A stretch of 64,000 nucleotides of DNA. It comes from Thiotrichales bacterium (lineage in GTDB: Bacteria > Pseudomonadota > Gammaproteobacteria > UWMA-0217). The notes beneath the pieces were generated by a model. It had not been told where the DNA came from. It worked only from the letters and a program-made list of their open reading frames with translations, and did no database searches. This document shows, in pieces, positions 38,471-48,666 of this stretch; positions within the stretch are counted from its first letter, which is position 1, and each line of letters starts with the position of its first letter. The stretch covers positions 13,359 to 77,358 of the forward strand of contig JBHJOI010000067.1 of the NCBI GenBank assembly GCA_050329935.1, read 5' to 3'. The position numbers and the translations under genes were made by a program.

Positions 38471-40015
38471 ATGGATACCTACGACGAAATCCCGTACCAG
38501 AGCACTCCGTTTCCCGAGACGCACCCGGCTAGCATGGCCGCGCTGGGGCGGTTGTTCGGCGTCGCCACCCCTGATCCGGCGCATTGCCGGGTGTTGGAGT
38601 TGGGATGCGCGGCCGGCGGCAATCTAGTCCCGATCGCGTGGCAATTGCCCGGCGCGGAATGTGTCGGTATCGAGCTTTCGGCCCGCCAGGTCGCGGAGGG
38701 GGAGGACTTGATTAAGGCGACCGGCCTCACCAACGTCAGCATTCGGCAGGGTGATATCGCCTTGCTCGATGGTTCGCTCGGTCAGTTTGACTACATCATT
38801 ACGCACGGCGTGTACTCCTGGGTGCCGGCGTCGGTGCGGGAGAACCTACTGGCACTCTGCCGAACGTTGCTGTCGCCGAACGGAATCGCCTACATCAGCT
38901 ACAACACCTTGCCGGGTTGGCGGATGCGGGGCGTGTTGCGCGACATGCTGCTTGAAAACACCCGTGACGCGGTCGGTCCACGCGCCAAACTTGAGGCTGC
39001 GCACGCCTTCCTCGGATTCCTGGACGAGGCCTTGCGCGATCTCGACGCGTTGACCGCGCGCTACCTCAAGCATGAAATTGAATACTTGCGCCGGGCGCAT
39101 CCCAGTTACCTCTATCACGAGTATCTGGAGACCGTGAACGAGCCGTTCTGGTTCAATCAGTTCGTCGATGACGCCGACCGCCACGGTCTGCAATATCTGT
39201 GCGATACCGATCTGCATATGAGTTTTCCGTCGGTATTAGGGGAGCGGGTCGAGCGGTTGTTCGTAGGCATCGAGGATCTGTTCGAGCGCGAGCGTCGGCT
39301 CGATTACATTCGGCTCCGAAATTTTCGCCAGAGTTTGCTGGTCCACACCGAGGTGGAACGTTTTCGCGACCCGTCGATGCAAGTGTTCGAGACGTTTGCG
39401 TTCGCGGCCGACCTCGTCCCGCCCAAGGCGCCGGATTTCAAGCGCGCCAAGAGCCAATCGTTCGCCAAGGCCGACGGCGCGGCGGTGCCGGTTCATCACC
39501 CGCTGACCAAGGCCGCGCTGATCCATCTCGGCGAACGTTTTCCGGACTCACTCGCTTTTGCTGAATTGCTGGCCCTCGCGCAGCACACGGTGAAGCAGGG
39601 TGGCGGCGTGCCCTTCGCGGCGCAGATCGAACACCTCGGCAGCGAGCTGTTCTCATTGTTCGCGCATCACTTTGTGATGGCCGAACCCAGCGCGCGATCG
39701 CTCGCGCCGGGCCCGGTCGAACACCCGCTCGCGACCCCGCTGGCACGCCACCAGGCGGTCAGTGGTCAGCTCGCGACCATTCGCCACAAGACGCTGGCGC
39801 TGGATGCCTTCGGTTGCCACTTGTTGGCGTTGTGCGACGGCACGCGCAACGCGGAGCAGTTGGCCGCGACGATCATGAAGGCACTCGACAGCGGCACGCT
39901 CGCGCCACCGGGTCCGCTGGAGCGACAGCCGGAAAAGCGCCTGCGCCAGGTCGCGCTGAATGTACGTCTCCTGCTCGGGCTCTTTGCCCGCCAGGGCGTG
40001 GTCACGGCCGCTTGA
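38471..40015 (+). CDS. Class I SAM-dependent methyltransferase with a long C-terminal regulatory domain (methyltransferase-regulatory-domain family), start at MDTYDEIPYQ
   Basis: Motif I VLELGCAAGGNL. About 514 aa, typical of this family. Confidence 0.7.
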   Translation: MDTYDEIPYQSTPFPETHPASMAALGRLFGVATPDPAHCRVLELGCAAGGNLVPIAWQLPGAECVGIELSARQVAEGEDLIKATGLTNVSIRQGDIALLDGSLGQFDYIITHGVYSWVPASVRENLLALCRTLLSPNGIAYISYNTLPGWRMRGVLRDMLLENTRDAVGPRAKLEAAHAFLGFLDEALRDLDALTARYLKHEIEYLRRAHPSYLYHEYLETVNEPFWFNQFVDDADRHGLQYLCDTDLHMSFPSVLGERVERLFVGIEDLFERERRLDYIRLRNFRQSLLVHTEVERFRDPSMQVFETFAFAADLVPPKAPDFKRAKSQSFAKADGAAVPVHHPLTKAALIHLGERFPDSLAFAELLALAQHTVKQGGGVPFAAQIEHLGSELFSLFAHHFVMAEPSARSLAPGPVEHPLATPLARHQAVSGQLATIRHKTLALDAFGCHLLALCDGTRNAEQLAATIMKALDSGTLAPPGPLERQPEKRLRQVALNVRLLLGLFARQGVVTAA

Positions 40016-40517
40016 GTTCCGCCGCGAAGTCGCGCCACACCGCCAGTTTTTGATTGAAGCTCAAACTGGCCATGGCCGGGCTCGTTGACGGCAAACGCTG
40101 CCACGGGAGCGCGCGGAGCGGCTCCGGGAGCCCTGACATCACCCGTTTGCGGTACTCCTGCTCGGCGCGCGCGCCATTGAAATACACGCGGCGGATATGC
40201 GGATGCCGCGCGAGAAACGTCGCGAAGTTGTTGACGACGATCGACGCATCGACGATTCGCGCATCCAGACTGCCGGGCCGCTCGCAGGTGCGGAGCACAT
40301 CCCACAGCGCGATACCGGCGCCGACAAGCGCGGCGACGCGTTCGGCGTAAGGTGCATCTTCGTCAAAACCGAGTAGCTGACTCATGATCGGCCAGAACGC
40401 ATTGCGGGGATGGGCGTAATAGGCGTTCTGGCGCAACGACTCGACGCCCGGCATCGAGCCCAACAGCAAAACCGTCGCCGCGGGGCTCGCGATTGGCGGA
40501 AAACTCTCAGCGATCAT
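40002..40517 (-). CDS. Uracil-DNA glycosylase superfamily protein (DNA-deoxyinosine glycosylase-like), start at MIAESF
   Basis: LLLGSMPG motif near the N-terminus. Size about 171 aa. Confidence 0.55.
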   Translation of the reverse strand: MIAESFPPIASPAATVLLLGSMPGVESLRQNAYYAHPRNAFWPIMSQLLGFDEDAPYAERVAALVGAGIALWDVLRTCERPGSLDARIVDASIVVNNFATFLARHPHIRRVYFNGARAEQEYRKRVMSGLPEPLRALPWQRLPSTSPAMASLSFNQKLAVWRDFAAELKRP

Positions 40518-40920
40518 GCAACTCCCAGGCTGGTAGCGGCGTAACGGGCGAATTGCCCGCCGATGGCTTAAGCGCAGCCACTGGACTCGAATAAACCTCC
40601 GCGGATCGGATTGGCGGCCGCGGAGCGATGCGCGATGCGGCCCGTCACACCGTTCGCTCGAAAAGACGGCGGACGGCAATCCGTCGCATTGGCACAGAAC
40701 ATAATGTTGGCTTTGCGATGGACCGGTCAACGCTGGATTTCGGGGCGATCGGTCGCGATCGTTTGAAGCTTCGCCCGCGGGTTCTGGCTCGCTACTCGAT
40801 CACCCAAGGTGCGAGCTGTCTCGGCGACGTCCGGCATCCGGTGAATTGGACGGATGCAAAAGCCCTCCGCTATAGTCCGTCGCCTGTCCGACAATCGCTT
40901 CCAGCCTAGAAGGGGGCAGC

Positions 40921-42498
40921 ATGAACCCCAAGTCACTTGCCCACGACCTCCTCGCATTGCGCGAACACGATCCGACCTGGCTTCTGGCCGGCTCGCTCAA
41001 GGGGCTGGAAAAGGAAAGTCTGCGGGTGTCGAAAGAGGGCACCATCGCGCAAACGTCGCATCCGCACGCACTCGGTTCCGCGCTCACGCATCCCTTGGTC
41101 ACCACGGATTACTCCGAGGCGCAACTCGAGTTGATCACCGAACCGCATACCACGCCGATGGCGCTGATGGTTCAACTCGATGAGCTGCACCGCTGGGTGT
41201 ACCAGAATCTCGAGCACCACGAAATCCTGTGGGCCACTAGCATGCCGTGTCTGCTCAAAGGCGAGGCCAGTGTGCGAATCGGCGAATACGGCACCTCGAA
41301 CGCCGGCATAATGAAGACGGTTTACCGTCGCGGCCTGGGTTACCGCTATGGCCGGATCATGCAGGCCATTTCCGGCGTGCACTACAACTACTCGCTGCCG
41401 CAGGCGTATTGGACCTGGCGTCAGGCGCGGTCGGGTGAACTATCCGATCCGGTCGCGTACCGGTCAGAGGGTTATTTCGGTACCTTGCGCAACCTGCAAC
41501 GCATCGGCTGGTTGGTACCCTACCTGTTCGGGGCGTCGCCGGCGATCTGCGAGTCGTTTCTTGATGGCAAACCGACCACGCTGGAGTATTTCGGGTACGG
41601 TACCTATTACGAATCGTTCGCGACTTCGCTCAGGCTCGGGGATATCGGATACCAGAACACGAAGGAAGGGCGAGTCGGCGTCCGGGTGAGTTACGACACC
41701 CTTGAGGACTACACTGCGAGCCTGGAGCGGGCAATCTCGCAGCCGAGCGCGGCTTACGAACAGATCGGCGTTTGCGTCGATGGCGAGTGGCGTCAGCTCA
41801 ACGCTAATCTGCTCCAGATCGAGAACGAGTACTACAGCTCGGTGCGGGCCAAGGTGCCGTTGCAACGGTTGGAAAAGCCAGTGCGCGCGTTACGCACCCG
41901 CGGCGTGCAATACATCGAACTGCGCTCGGTGGATGTCAACGCCTTCGAACCGCTCGGAATCAGTATCGAGCAGCTCTACTTCCTCGAAACGCTGGCGCTT
42001 TACGCGACCTTGGTGGAGAGTCCAGCCATCGGCGATCTCGAGCTCAGGATGATCAACAACAATTTTTTTCTGGTCGCGCACAGCGGCCGCGACCCCGATC
42101 TGGCGTTGTCGCGGCCCCACGGCAAGAACCGGCTGCGTGACTGGGCCGAGGAGTTGCTGAGCGACATGGCCGAGGTCGCCGCGGTGCTAGACATGGCCTA
42201 TCGCACCGATCTCTACAGCACCGTTGTCGCCCGGCAATTGCCAAAGGTGCACGACGCGGGATTGTTGCCGTCGACGCGCATGTTGGAGATCATGCGCTCG
42301 CGCGAGGAAAGCTTTTTCGAGTTTGCGTTGGGTCAGTCGCGATTGCACGCACGCTACTTTCTCGCGCGCCCATTGGGCGCTGGCAAGCAAGCGCATTTCG
42401 CGCAGGAGGCGGCGCGCTCGCGGCAACTCCAGGCCGATCTCGAAGCCATGCCGCAGGCGCCATTCGGCGAATTTCTCGCCAGTTATTTTGCGCAATGA
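40921..42498 (+). CDS. gshA: Glutamate--cysteine ligase (gamma-proteobacterial GshA type)
   Basis: LKGLEKESLRV...HPHALGSALTHPLVTTDYSEAQLELIT aligns with the E. coli GshA N-terminus. About 525 aa. Confidence 0.85.
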   Translation: MNPKSLAHDLLALREHDPTWLLAGSLKGLEKESLRVSKEGTIAQTSHPHALGSALTHPLVTTDYSEAQLELITEPHTTPMALMVQLDELHRWVYQNLEHHEILWATSMPCLLKGEASVRIGEYGTSNAGIMKTVYRRGLGYRYGRIMQAISGVHYNYSLPQAYWTWRQARSGELSDPVAYRSEGYFGTLRNLQRIGWLVPYLFGASPAICESFLDGKPTTLEYFGYGTYYESFATSLRLGDIGYQNTKEGRVGVRVSYDTLEDYTASLERAISQPSAAYEQIGVCVDGEWRQLNANLLQIENEYYSSVRAKVPLQRLEKPVRALRTRGVQYIELRSVDVNAFEPLGISIEQLYFLETLALYATLVESPAIGDLELRMINNNFFLVAHSGRDPDLALSRPHGKNRLRDWAEELLSDMAEVAAVLDMAYRTDLYSTVVARQLPKVHDAGLLPSTRMLEIMRSREESFFEFALGQSRLHARYFLARPLGAGKQAHFAQEAARSRQLQADLEAMPQAPFGEFLASYFAQ

Positions 42499-42508
42499 GG
42501 CCCGCTCT

Positions 42509-42871
42509 ATGACCGAATCGGTATTGGACACCCTGAAGCTGCGTTTACGCGCGTTTGCCGCCGAGCGCGATTGGGACCAGTTTCACTCACCCAAGAACTT
42601 CGCGATGGCGTTGATCGCCGAGGCGGCCGAGGTGGTGGAGCATTTCCAGTGGCTGACCCAGGAGCAGAGCCGCAACCTACCGGAATCCACCCGCCAGGAA
42701 GTGGCGCACGAGTTGGCGGACGTGTTCATCTATCTGATCCGGTTGGCGGATAAACTCGATATCGACCTGCTTGCGGCGGTGGAGGAAAAGATCGAGTTGA
42801 ACGCGCGAAAGTATCCGGTCGACAAGGCGCGCGGTCGCGCCGACAAGTACACCAAGCTGCACGACGACTGA
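42509..42871 (+). CDS. Small MazG-like nucleotide pyrophosphohydrolase (about 120 aa)
   Basis: EEAAEVVEHFQW ... ELADVFIYLIRLA helices typical of the MazG/NTP-PPase fold. Confidence 0.65.
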   Translation: MTESVLDTLKLRLRAFAAERDWDQFHSPKNFAMALIAEAAEVVEHFQWLTQEQSRNLPESTRQEVAHELADVFIYLIRLADKLDIDLLAAVEEKIELNARKYPVDKARGRADKYTKLHDD

Positions 42872-42884
42872 CCGCCGCCGCGGG

Positions 42885-43628
42885 TCACCAGTACTTTTCG
42901 GTGGTGATCTGACCCGGTTTGCGGCGCTGACTCTTCTCGAGCCCGCGGGCGAGCAGCGAGGCGGTGGTGTCCTGGATCATGCCGAGGTTGCCACACATCA
43001 TGACCTGCGAATCCTCAGGCTTGATCTCGAGTTCGACGGCCTGTTCCAGCAGGCCCGAGTCGATCAGCGCGGGAATACGTCCATACAATGCCCAAGGTGG
43101 CGATTCGCGCGTGAGCGCGGCGACGTAGTGGAAACGCCCAGGGTACGCTTGCGCCAGCGCTTGCGCCTGCTCGCGATAGCCGAGATCGCTCGCCTCGCGC
43201 GCGCCGTGAACGAGCACCAAGCGCTCGAAGCGCGTCCACGGTTGCTCGGTTTTCAGGATCGACAGGAAAGGGCCGAGCCCGGTGCCGGTCGCGAGCATCC
43301 AGAGATGGCGCCCTCCAGTGACTTCATCCAGCGTGAACAAGCCCGTCGCCGGACTCGCGATATCCACCCGATCCCCGGGCGCCAGCGCGGCGATCCGATT
43401 TGATAGCGGTCCTTCCGGTACGCGGTTGAAGTAGAACTCCGCGATGGGCTCGTGCGGCGCGTTGACCAATGAATATGGCCGCGCGATCCGTTCGCTGCCG
43501 ATCGTCAGCGCGAGCCGGGTGAACTGGCCCGCGCGAAACGGGGGCAGCTCGACTTCGACCCGCAACGAGTGCAGCCCGTCGTTCCAGCGCCGGTTTTCAA
43601 TGACTTTGCCTTCGATCCAGTCAACCAT
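42885..43628 (-). CDS. fpr: Ferredoxin--NADP+ reductase (Fpr-type flavodoxin reductase)
   Basis: RPYS FAD-binding motif and MLATGTGLGPF NADP motif. Confidence 0.85.
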   Translation of the reverse strand: MVDWIEGKVIENRRWNDGLHSLRVEVELPPFRAGQFTRLALTIGSERIARPYSLVNAPHEPIAEFYFNRVPEGPLSNRIAALAPGDRVDIASPATGLFTLDEVTGGRHLWMLATGTGLGPFLSILKTEQPWTRFERLVLVHGAREASDLGYREQAQALAQAYPGRFHYVAALTRESPPWALYGRIPALIDSGLLEQAVELEIKPEDSQVMMCGNLGMIQDTTASLLARGLEKSQRRKPGQITTEKYW

Positions 43629-43975
43629 GATTCGACCAAGATAGGGTCATGCCGTGAAGTTTCAAGAAAACCCTAACCCGCGGTCGCTAAACCGCGACCG
43701 TGCCAACACCGAATGAAGGGGCGCTGCCGCGGAGGATGAAAGTTGCTCCGAGCCAGGCACGCAGGCGACGCCGTGTACCCATCCGCGGTTGCTCGACGAA
43801 GGCGTCCCTGCGGCCGACGCGCCCGGCGCGGCACTGCCTGTGAATCGGGCATTTCACGCGAGTCTCGAACGCCGTGGTCGTTTTTGGAACGCGATCCGCA
43901 GATTCCGTCTTCGCGCCTTGAATATGAGGCGTCACGCGCTATCTTTGCTGCTCGCGTCATCGACTCATAGGTATT

Positions 43976-44203
43976 ATGTACCCACGGATCGTCTTCACAT
44001 GCGCGCTGCTCCTTGCGGCAGCGTCCGCTTTCGCCACCGAAACCAAGCCAAGCGACCCGCGCGTGGCACAGGATTGTCGCGTCGAAGGCGAATCCAACGG
44101 ATTGTCCGGGCCGGACCTGGAACAGTTCATCCGCGATTGCATCAAAGAGTTCGAGAACGCCCGGCTGTCGGGTACGACTCAGCTGCCAGGCGCACCCAAA
44201 TAA
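43976..44203 (+). CDS. Secreted small protein with one PsiF-like repeat (C-x8-GL-G-D-x3-F-x3-C-x-K), 75 aa
   Basis: Signal peptide. DCRVEGESNGLSGPDLEQFIRDCIKE matches the PsiF repeat pattern (CNAEA..GLKGDERKAFMSECLK). Confidence 0.45.
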   Translation: MYPRIVFTCALLLAAASAFATETKPSDPRVAQDCRVEGESNGLSGPDLEQFIRDCIKEFENARLSGTTQLPGAPK

Positions 44204-44208
44204 GCGAT

Positions 44209-44394
44209 CTAGCGCGATTCGATCCGTTCCTTGCCACAGCGTTCGCAGCGGACGACGGTCACGAGTTTGCCACGTTTGACGTCGAAGACCTGCTCCTTGT
44301 CGATCGCCCACTTGTGAAACCCGTTTCGACACAGAATCGAGCCACCGCCGGGCGGCTTTGGCTTGGGTCGGCGAAACGCGATGACATCACCCAT
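44209..44394 (-). CDS. Small Cys/His zinc-ribbon-like hypothetical protein (61 aa)
   Basis: C-x5-H ... C-x2-C arrangement. Weak call. Confidence 0.3.
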   Translation of the reverse strand: MGDVIAFRRPKPKPPGGGSILCRNGFHKWAIDKEQVFDVKRGKLVTVVRCERCGKERIESR

Positions 44395-44409
44395 GCCGGC
44401 AGCCGGGCG

Positions 44410-44721
44410 TCAGGCCTTGGAACCGCCGTGGCACAACGGCGAGTCCGGTGTCTTGCCGGCGCGCTCGAACCAGATTTCCGGGGTATAGGTATGCAGCGCC
44501 AACGCGTGTATCTGCGTGAGTTCGCCACTCAGCGCCTGATTGACCAATCGATGCTGCTTGATCAACGGCAAGCCTTGAAACTGGTCGGCGACGACCGTGA
44601 CCTTGAAGTGTGACTCCGATCCCGGCGGCACGCTGTGCATGTGACTTTCATTCAACACCTCGACGAACACTGGCGCGAACGTCGCGGTCAGTTTTTGCTC
44701 GATGATCTGTTGCATCGACAT
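44410..44721 (-). CDS. BolA-family protein (start at MSMQQII)
   Basis: BolA-fold blocks (VEVLNESHMHS ... HALALHTYTPEEW). About 103 aa. Confidence 0.7.
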   Translation of the reverse strand: MSMQQIIEQKLTATFAPVFVEVLNESHMHSVPPGSESHFKVTVVADQFQGLPLIKQHRLVNQALSGELTQIHALALHTYTPEIWFERAGKTPDSPLCHGGSKA

Positions 44722-44991
44722 AAGCGGCTCCACATTGAATTCGATCGATGACGCGAGCATAGAGCAATTCGCGGAGCCCACCAACAATCCTTGATTCCTC
44801 GGATGACCACTCAATTTGCTATATGAAGTCTCGGGAGCGCCGAGGTTTGCGGCTTTGATGAGGTGGGTTTGCTGCGCACCGCGATTACGGGCCTGCCGGG
44901 CCGTTTGGCGGCGCCGTGCCATCCAACCCGGCAGACCCACACTCGGGCACGTCCAACCACGGACTCAAGGTTTACCGCGTGCACGGCATCG

Positions 44992-46359
44992 CTATTCGGT
45001 CCAATCGAGCGATTGAAGTTGCCGCAAGTGCTGTACCGCGAGCACTTCGAGTCCCTCGATCGGTTTGCGCGGCGCATTGGCTTGCGGGATCAGTGCACAC
45101 TTGAAACCGTGCTTGACCGCCTCCCGCAGGCGTTCCTCGCCATGTCCAATCGGGCGGACTTCGCCTGCCAAACCCACCTCGCCGAAACAGATCAAGTCGC
45201 GCCGCGCCGGACGATCGCGAAAGCTCGACAACGCCGCGAGGATCGCCGGCAGATCGGCCGCGGTCTCGCCGACACGAACCCCACCGACGACGTTCAGAAA
45301 TACGTCCTGATCGTGCATCGCGATGCCGACATGGCGCTGCAACACGGCGAGCAACATCGCCAGGCGGTTTTGCTCCAGACCGACGGTGAGGCGGCGTGGT
45401 TGCGCGAGGTGACTCTCGGCGACCAAGGCCTGCACTTCGACCAACAATGGTCGGGTGCCCTCGCGAGTGACCAGCACCACGCTACCGGCGACGGCCTCGG
45501 GATGGCGCGATAGAAAAATCGCCGACGGATTGCTGACCGACTTCAAACCCTGCTCGGTCATCGCGAAAAAACCGAGTTCATTGACCGCGCCGAAGCGATT
45601 CTTGACCGCGCGCAGGGCTCGATAACGTCCGCCGCTCGGATCGCCCTCGAAGTACAAGACCGTGTCGACCATGTGCTCCAGCACCCGTGGTCCGGCGAGC
45701 GCGCCTTCCTTGGTGACGTGGCCGACCAGAAACATCGCGATGTCGTGGCGCTTGGCGAAACGCACCAATTGGGCCGCCGTTTCGCGCACCTGCGCGACCG
45801 ATCCCGGTGCCGACTGCAATTGCTCCGTGTACAAGGTCTGGATCGAGTCGATCACCACGAGCTCGGGTTTCATGTCGAGCGCGATTTCCTGGGTGCGCTC
45901 GACACAGGTTTCGGTCAGCAGCGTGAGGTGGGAGGCCTCGAGCCCGAGGCGATGCGCACGCAGACTGATTTGTTGCGCGGACTCCTCACCACTGACGTAG
46001 AGCACGCGCCGGGACTTTTGCAGCGCGAGCGCTTGCAGCAGCAGGGTGGATTTGCCGATCCCCGGATCGCCGCCGATCAGTACCACCGAACCGGGTACGA
46101 TCCCGCCGCCAAGCACCCGGTCGAGTTCCCCAAGCCCCGAGGATTGGCGCTGCATGGTTTCCGGCCGCACGGCACCCAGTGGCTGGAGCACGGCGTCGTT
46201 GACGAAACCCGCCGCGCGTTTCGCGGGCGCGCGCGCCGGGGTTGCCGCTTCTTCGTCCAGGGTGTTCCACGCAAGACATTCCGGGCATTGGCCGGACCAT
46301 TTTGGCTGCACGCCGCCGCACTCACGGCAGCGGTACTGGGTTCGGGCTTTTGCCGCCAA
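44992..46359 (-). CDS. radA: DNA repair protein RadA/Sms
   Basis: N-terminal C4 zinc finger (CRECG...CPEC), Walker A GDPGIGKST, KNRFG motif, C-terminal Lon-like domain. Confidence 0.9.
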   Translation of the reverse strand: MAAKARTQYRCRECGGVQPKWSGQCPECLAWNTLDEEAATPARAPAKRAAGFVNDAVLQPLGAVRPETMQRQSSGLGELDRVLGGGIVPGSVVLIGGDPGIGKSTLLLQALALQKSRRVLYVSGEESAQQISLRAHRLGLEASHLTLLTETCVERTQEIALDMKPELVVIDSIQTLYTEQLQSAPGSVAQVRETAAQLVRFAKRHDIAMFLVGHVTKEGALAGPRVLEHMVDTVLYFEGDPSGGRYRALRAVKNRFGAVNELGFFAMTEQGLKSVSNPSAIFLSRHPEAVAGSVVLVTREGTRPLLVEVQALVAESHLAQPRRLTVGLEQNRLAMLLAVLQRHVGIAMHDQDVFLNVVGGVRVGETAADLPAILAALSSFRDRPARRDLICFGEVGLAGEVRPIGHGEERLREAVKHGFKCALIPQANAPRKPIEGLEVLAVQHLRQLQSLDWTE

Positions 46360-46363
46360 GGGC

Positions 46364-47647
46364 TCAGTCCGGTTCGAGGTTGGCGGGTGGGCGTTTGATC
46401 GCCACGATGCGTGCCGTCTTCACCATGTTGTCGGCGGTCTTGATGATTTCCACCGGGTAGCCGGCGATCAGTAACGAGGTGGCCGCGTCCGGGATTATTT
46501 CAAGGCGTTCGAAAATCAGGCCATTCAGCGTGCGCGGGCCGTCGGTTGGCAACTCGATTCCGAGAATCCGATTCAGTTCGCGAAGACTGAGGCTTGCGTC
46601 GACGATGAAGCTGCCGTCGGCCTGCGGATGAACCTCCTGCGGGTAGACTCGGCCCTGGGTTTCGAATTCGCCGACGATTTCCTCAAGAATGTCCTCGAGC
46701 GCGACCAGGCCGAGAATGTCGCCATACTCATCGACAACCAGCGCGTGCCGGCGTCGTTCGCGGCGGAAATTGGTCAGCTGCTGCGTCAGCGAAATGCTCT
46801 CCGGGATGAAGTAGGGCGGCAACATCTGCCGCTCGATTTCCTCCTCGCTCAGCCTGTCCTTGGCCATCAATGCCGTGATATGGCGCATGTGGATATAGCC
46901 GACGGTGTTGTTGATGTGACCGCGATACACCGGCATTCGGGTAAACGGCATCGACCGCAGCAGTGCCTCGATGTCGCTCCAGTCGGCATCGAGATCGATC
47001 CCGATGATGTCCGAACGCGGCACCATCACGTCCGCGACCGTGACCTTCTCAAGGTCGAGAATGCGCAGCAACATCTCGTGGTGACTGTCATGAATCAGGC
47101 CGCTGGCTTCATTGACCACTGTGCGCAGTTCGTCGGCGCTGAGCCTATGGGTTTCGTCACGCTGTCCCGAGACCCCGAGCAACCGCAACAAACCGCTTGA
47201 GAACAGGTTGACGAACCAGACCAGCGGAAAGGCGACTTTCATCAACGGGGTGTAGACGTAGCTCGCGGCATAACCGACGCGTTCGGAATGCAAGGCGCCG
47301 ATGGTCTTGGGCGTGACTTCGCCGAAGATCAACAACAGGAAGGTCAACACGCCGGTCGCGATCGCGATGCCCTTGTCCTGATATAGGAGGTAGCCGATAT
47401 AGGTCGCGACCTGGGTGATCAGAATGTTGATGAAATTGTTTCCGATCAGGATCAGGCCAATCAGCCGCTCGGGCCTGTTCAGCAATGCCTGGGCAAGACG
47501 CGGTCCCCGCTGTCCAGCCTCGGCCTTGTGCTTCAGCTTGTAGCGGTTGAGCGACATCAGCGCGGTCTCCGATCCGGAGAAAAACGCCGATAACATGAAC
47601 AATACGATCAGTAAACCGAATAGCCAGCCTAGTGAGGGAGCTTCCAT
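46364..47647 (-). CDS. HlyC/CorC-family transporter (CNNM/DUF21 TM domain + CBS pair + CorC_HlyC), YfjD-like
   Basis: Domain order and size (427 aa). Confidence 0.85.
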   Translation of the reverse strand: MEAPSLGWLFGLLIVLFMLSAFFSGSETALMSLNRYKLKHKAEAGQRGPRLAQALLNRPERLIGLILIGNNFINILITQVATYIGYLLYQDKGIAIATGVLTFLLLIFGEVTPKTIGALHSERVGYAASYVYTPLMKVAFPLVWFVNLFSSGLLRLLGVSGQRDETHRLSADELRTVVNEASGLIHDSHHEMLLRILDLEKVTVADVMVPRSDIIGIDLDADWSDIEALLRSMPFTRMPVYRGHINNTVGYIHMRHITALMAKDRLSEEEIERQMLPPYFIPESISLTQQLTNFRRERRRHALVVDEYGDILGLVALEDILEEIVGEFETQGRVYPQEVHPQADGSFIVDASLSLRELNRILGIELPTDGPRTLNGLIFERLEIIPDAATSLLIAGYPVEIIKTADNMVKTARIVAIKRPPANLEPD

Positions 47648-47702
47648 CGCTTACAGTGGTTTCCGTTGGAATCGTCGATGAGAGGTAATCAATTGGCCAG
47701 CG

Positions 47703-48560
47703 TTAAGTGGTCGGGGCGAGAATGATTTCGATGACCAACTTGCTGCCAAAATACGCCAACATCAGCAGCGAAAATCCGACTAGGGTCCAGCGTATCGCGG
47801 TGCGCCCACGCCAGCCAAGACGCCACCGGCCCAGCAGCAACGCGCCAAAAATGAACCATGCAGCGATCGACAACACCGTCTTGTGTACGAGATGCTGGGC
47901 GAAAATATTCTCGAGAAACATAAAACCCGACACGAGCGCGAGACTCAGCAGCAAAAAGCCCGCCCCGATCAGCTGAAACAGAAAATGTTCCATTGGCTGC
48001 AGCGGTGGCAGCAAACTCATCCAGCCCGTCACGCGATGACCGCGGAGCTGGTGATCCTGGTAGGCCAGCACCAACGCTTGTAGGGTCGCGAGGCTCAGCA
48101 GCGAATACGCCAGCAGCGAGCCCACCACATGGAGCTGCAACCCCGGCGGGGCGATGATGATGTGCTTGCCGATCGACGGGTGCAGCAAGGCCAGCAGTGC
48201 CAGCACCAGCGCGGTCGTCGGCAGCAGCGGCACCGCGAGGGCGTGCACGGGCATCCGCAGCGACGAAATCCACAGCAGCAGACTCACCAGCCACGCCACC
48301 ATCGACAGCGCGTTGTAAAGGCAAAGATCGAGTCCATCGGGGCGCACCAGCGTTTGCCCAAGCACCAGCGCGTGCGCGAGTATCGCCACCGACCACAGCC
48401 AGAGCGCCACCGGCGGCGCGGCCTTTTGGTGCTGACGCAGGCCGCGAAGGATCAGTCCGGCGCTTACCAGATAGGCCAGGATCGCGAGCACGGTAATGGA
48501 ATGGGTTATCACTTCGAGGTCCGAAACGCTTTGCTGACGTGTTCGCCGATGATAACCCAA
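47703..48560 (-). CDS. Cytochrome c assembly (CcsA-like) family inner-membrane protein, YpjD-like
   Basis: Polytopic membrane protein, divergent from ffh as ypjD is in E. coli. Start uncertain. Confidence 0.65.
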   Translation of the reverse strand: MGYHRRTRQQSVSDLEVITHSITVLAILAYLVSAGLILRGLRQHQKAAPPVALWLWSVAILAHALVLGQTLVRPDGLDLCLYNALSMVAWLVSLLLWISSLRMPVHALAVPLLPTTALVLALLALLHPSIGKHIIIAPPGLQLHVVGSLLAYSLLSLATLQALVLAYQDHQLRGHRVTGWMSLLPPLQPMEHFLFQLIGAGFLLLSLALVSGFMFLENIFAQHLVHKTVLSIAAWFIFGALLLGRWRLGWRGRTAIRWTLVGFSLLMLAYFGSKLVIEIILAPTT

Positions 48561-48666
48561 ACCTCGGCGGCTTCGTCAGCGGCATCGGCGCCGCCGCCCT
48601 GCCGGTTCGGCCGCGAAAAGGCTATAATCCCGCGCCTCTACCGATGGACCACCGGCGCTTTCAACC

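Noticed and set aside
43690-43715. Inverted repeat CGGTCGC-taaac-GCGACCG between fpr and the PsiF-like gene
   Set aside because: There is no adjacent T-run on the strand where a terminator would make sense. It is probably an incidental GC palindrome.
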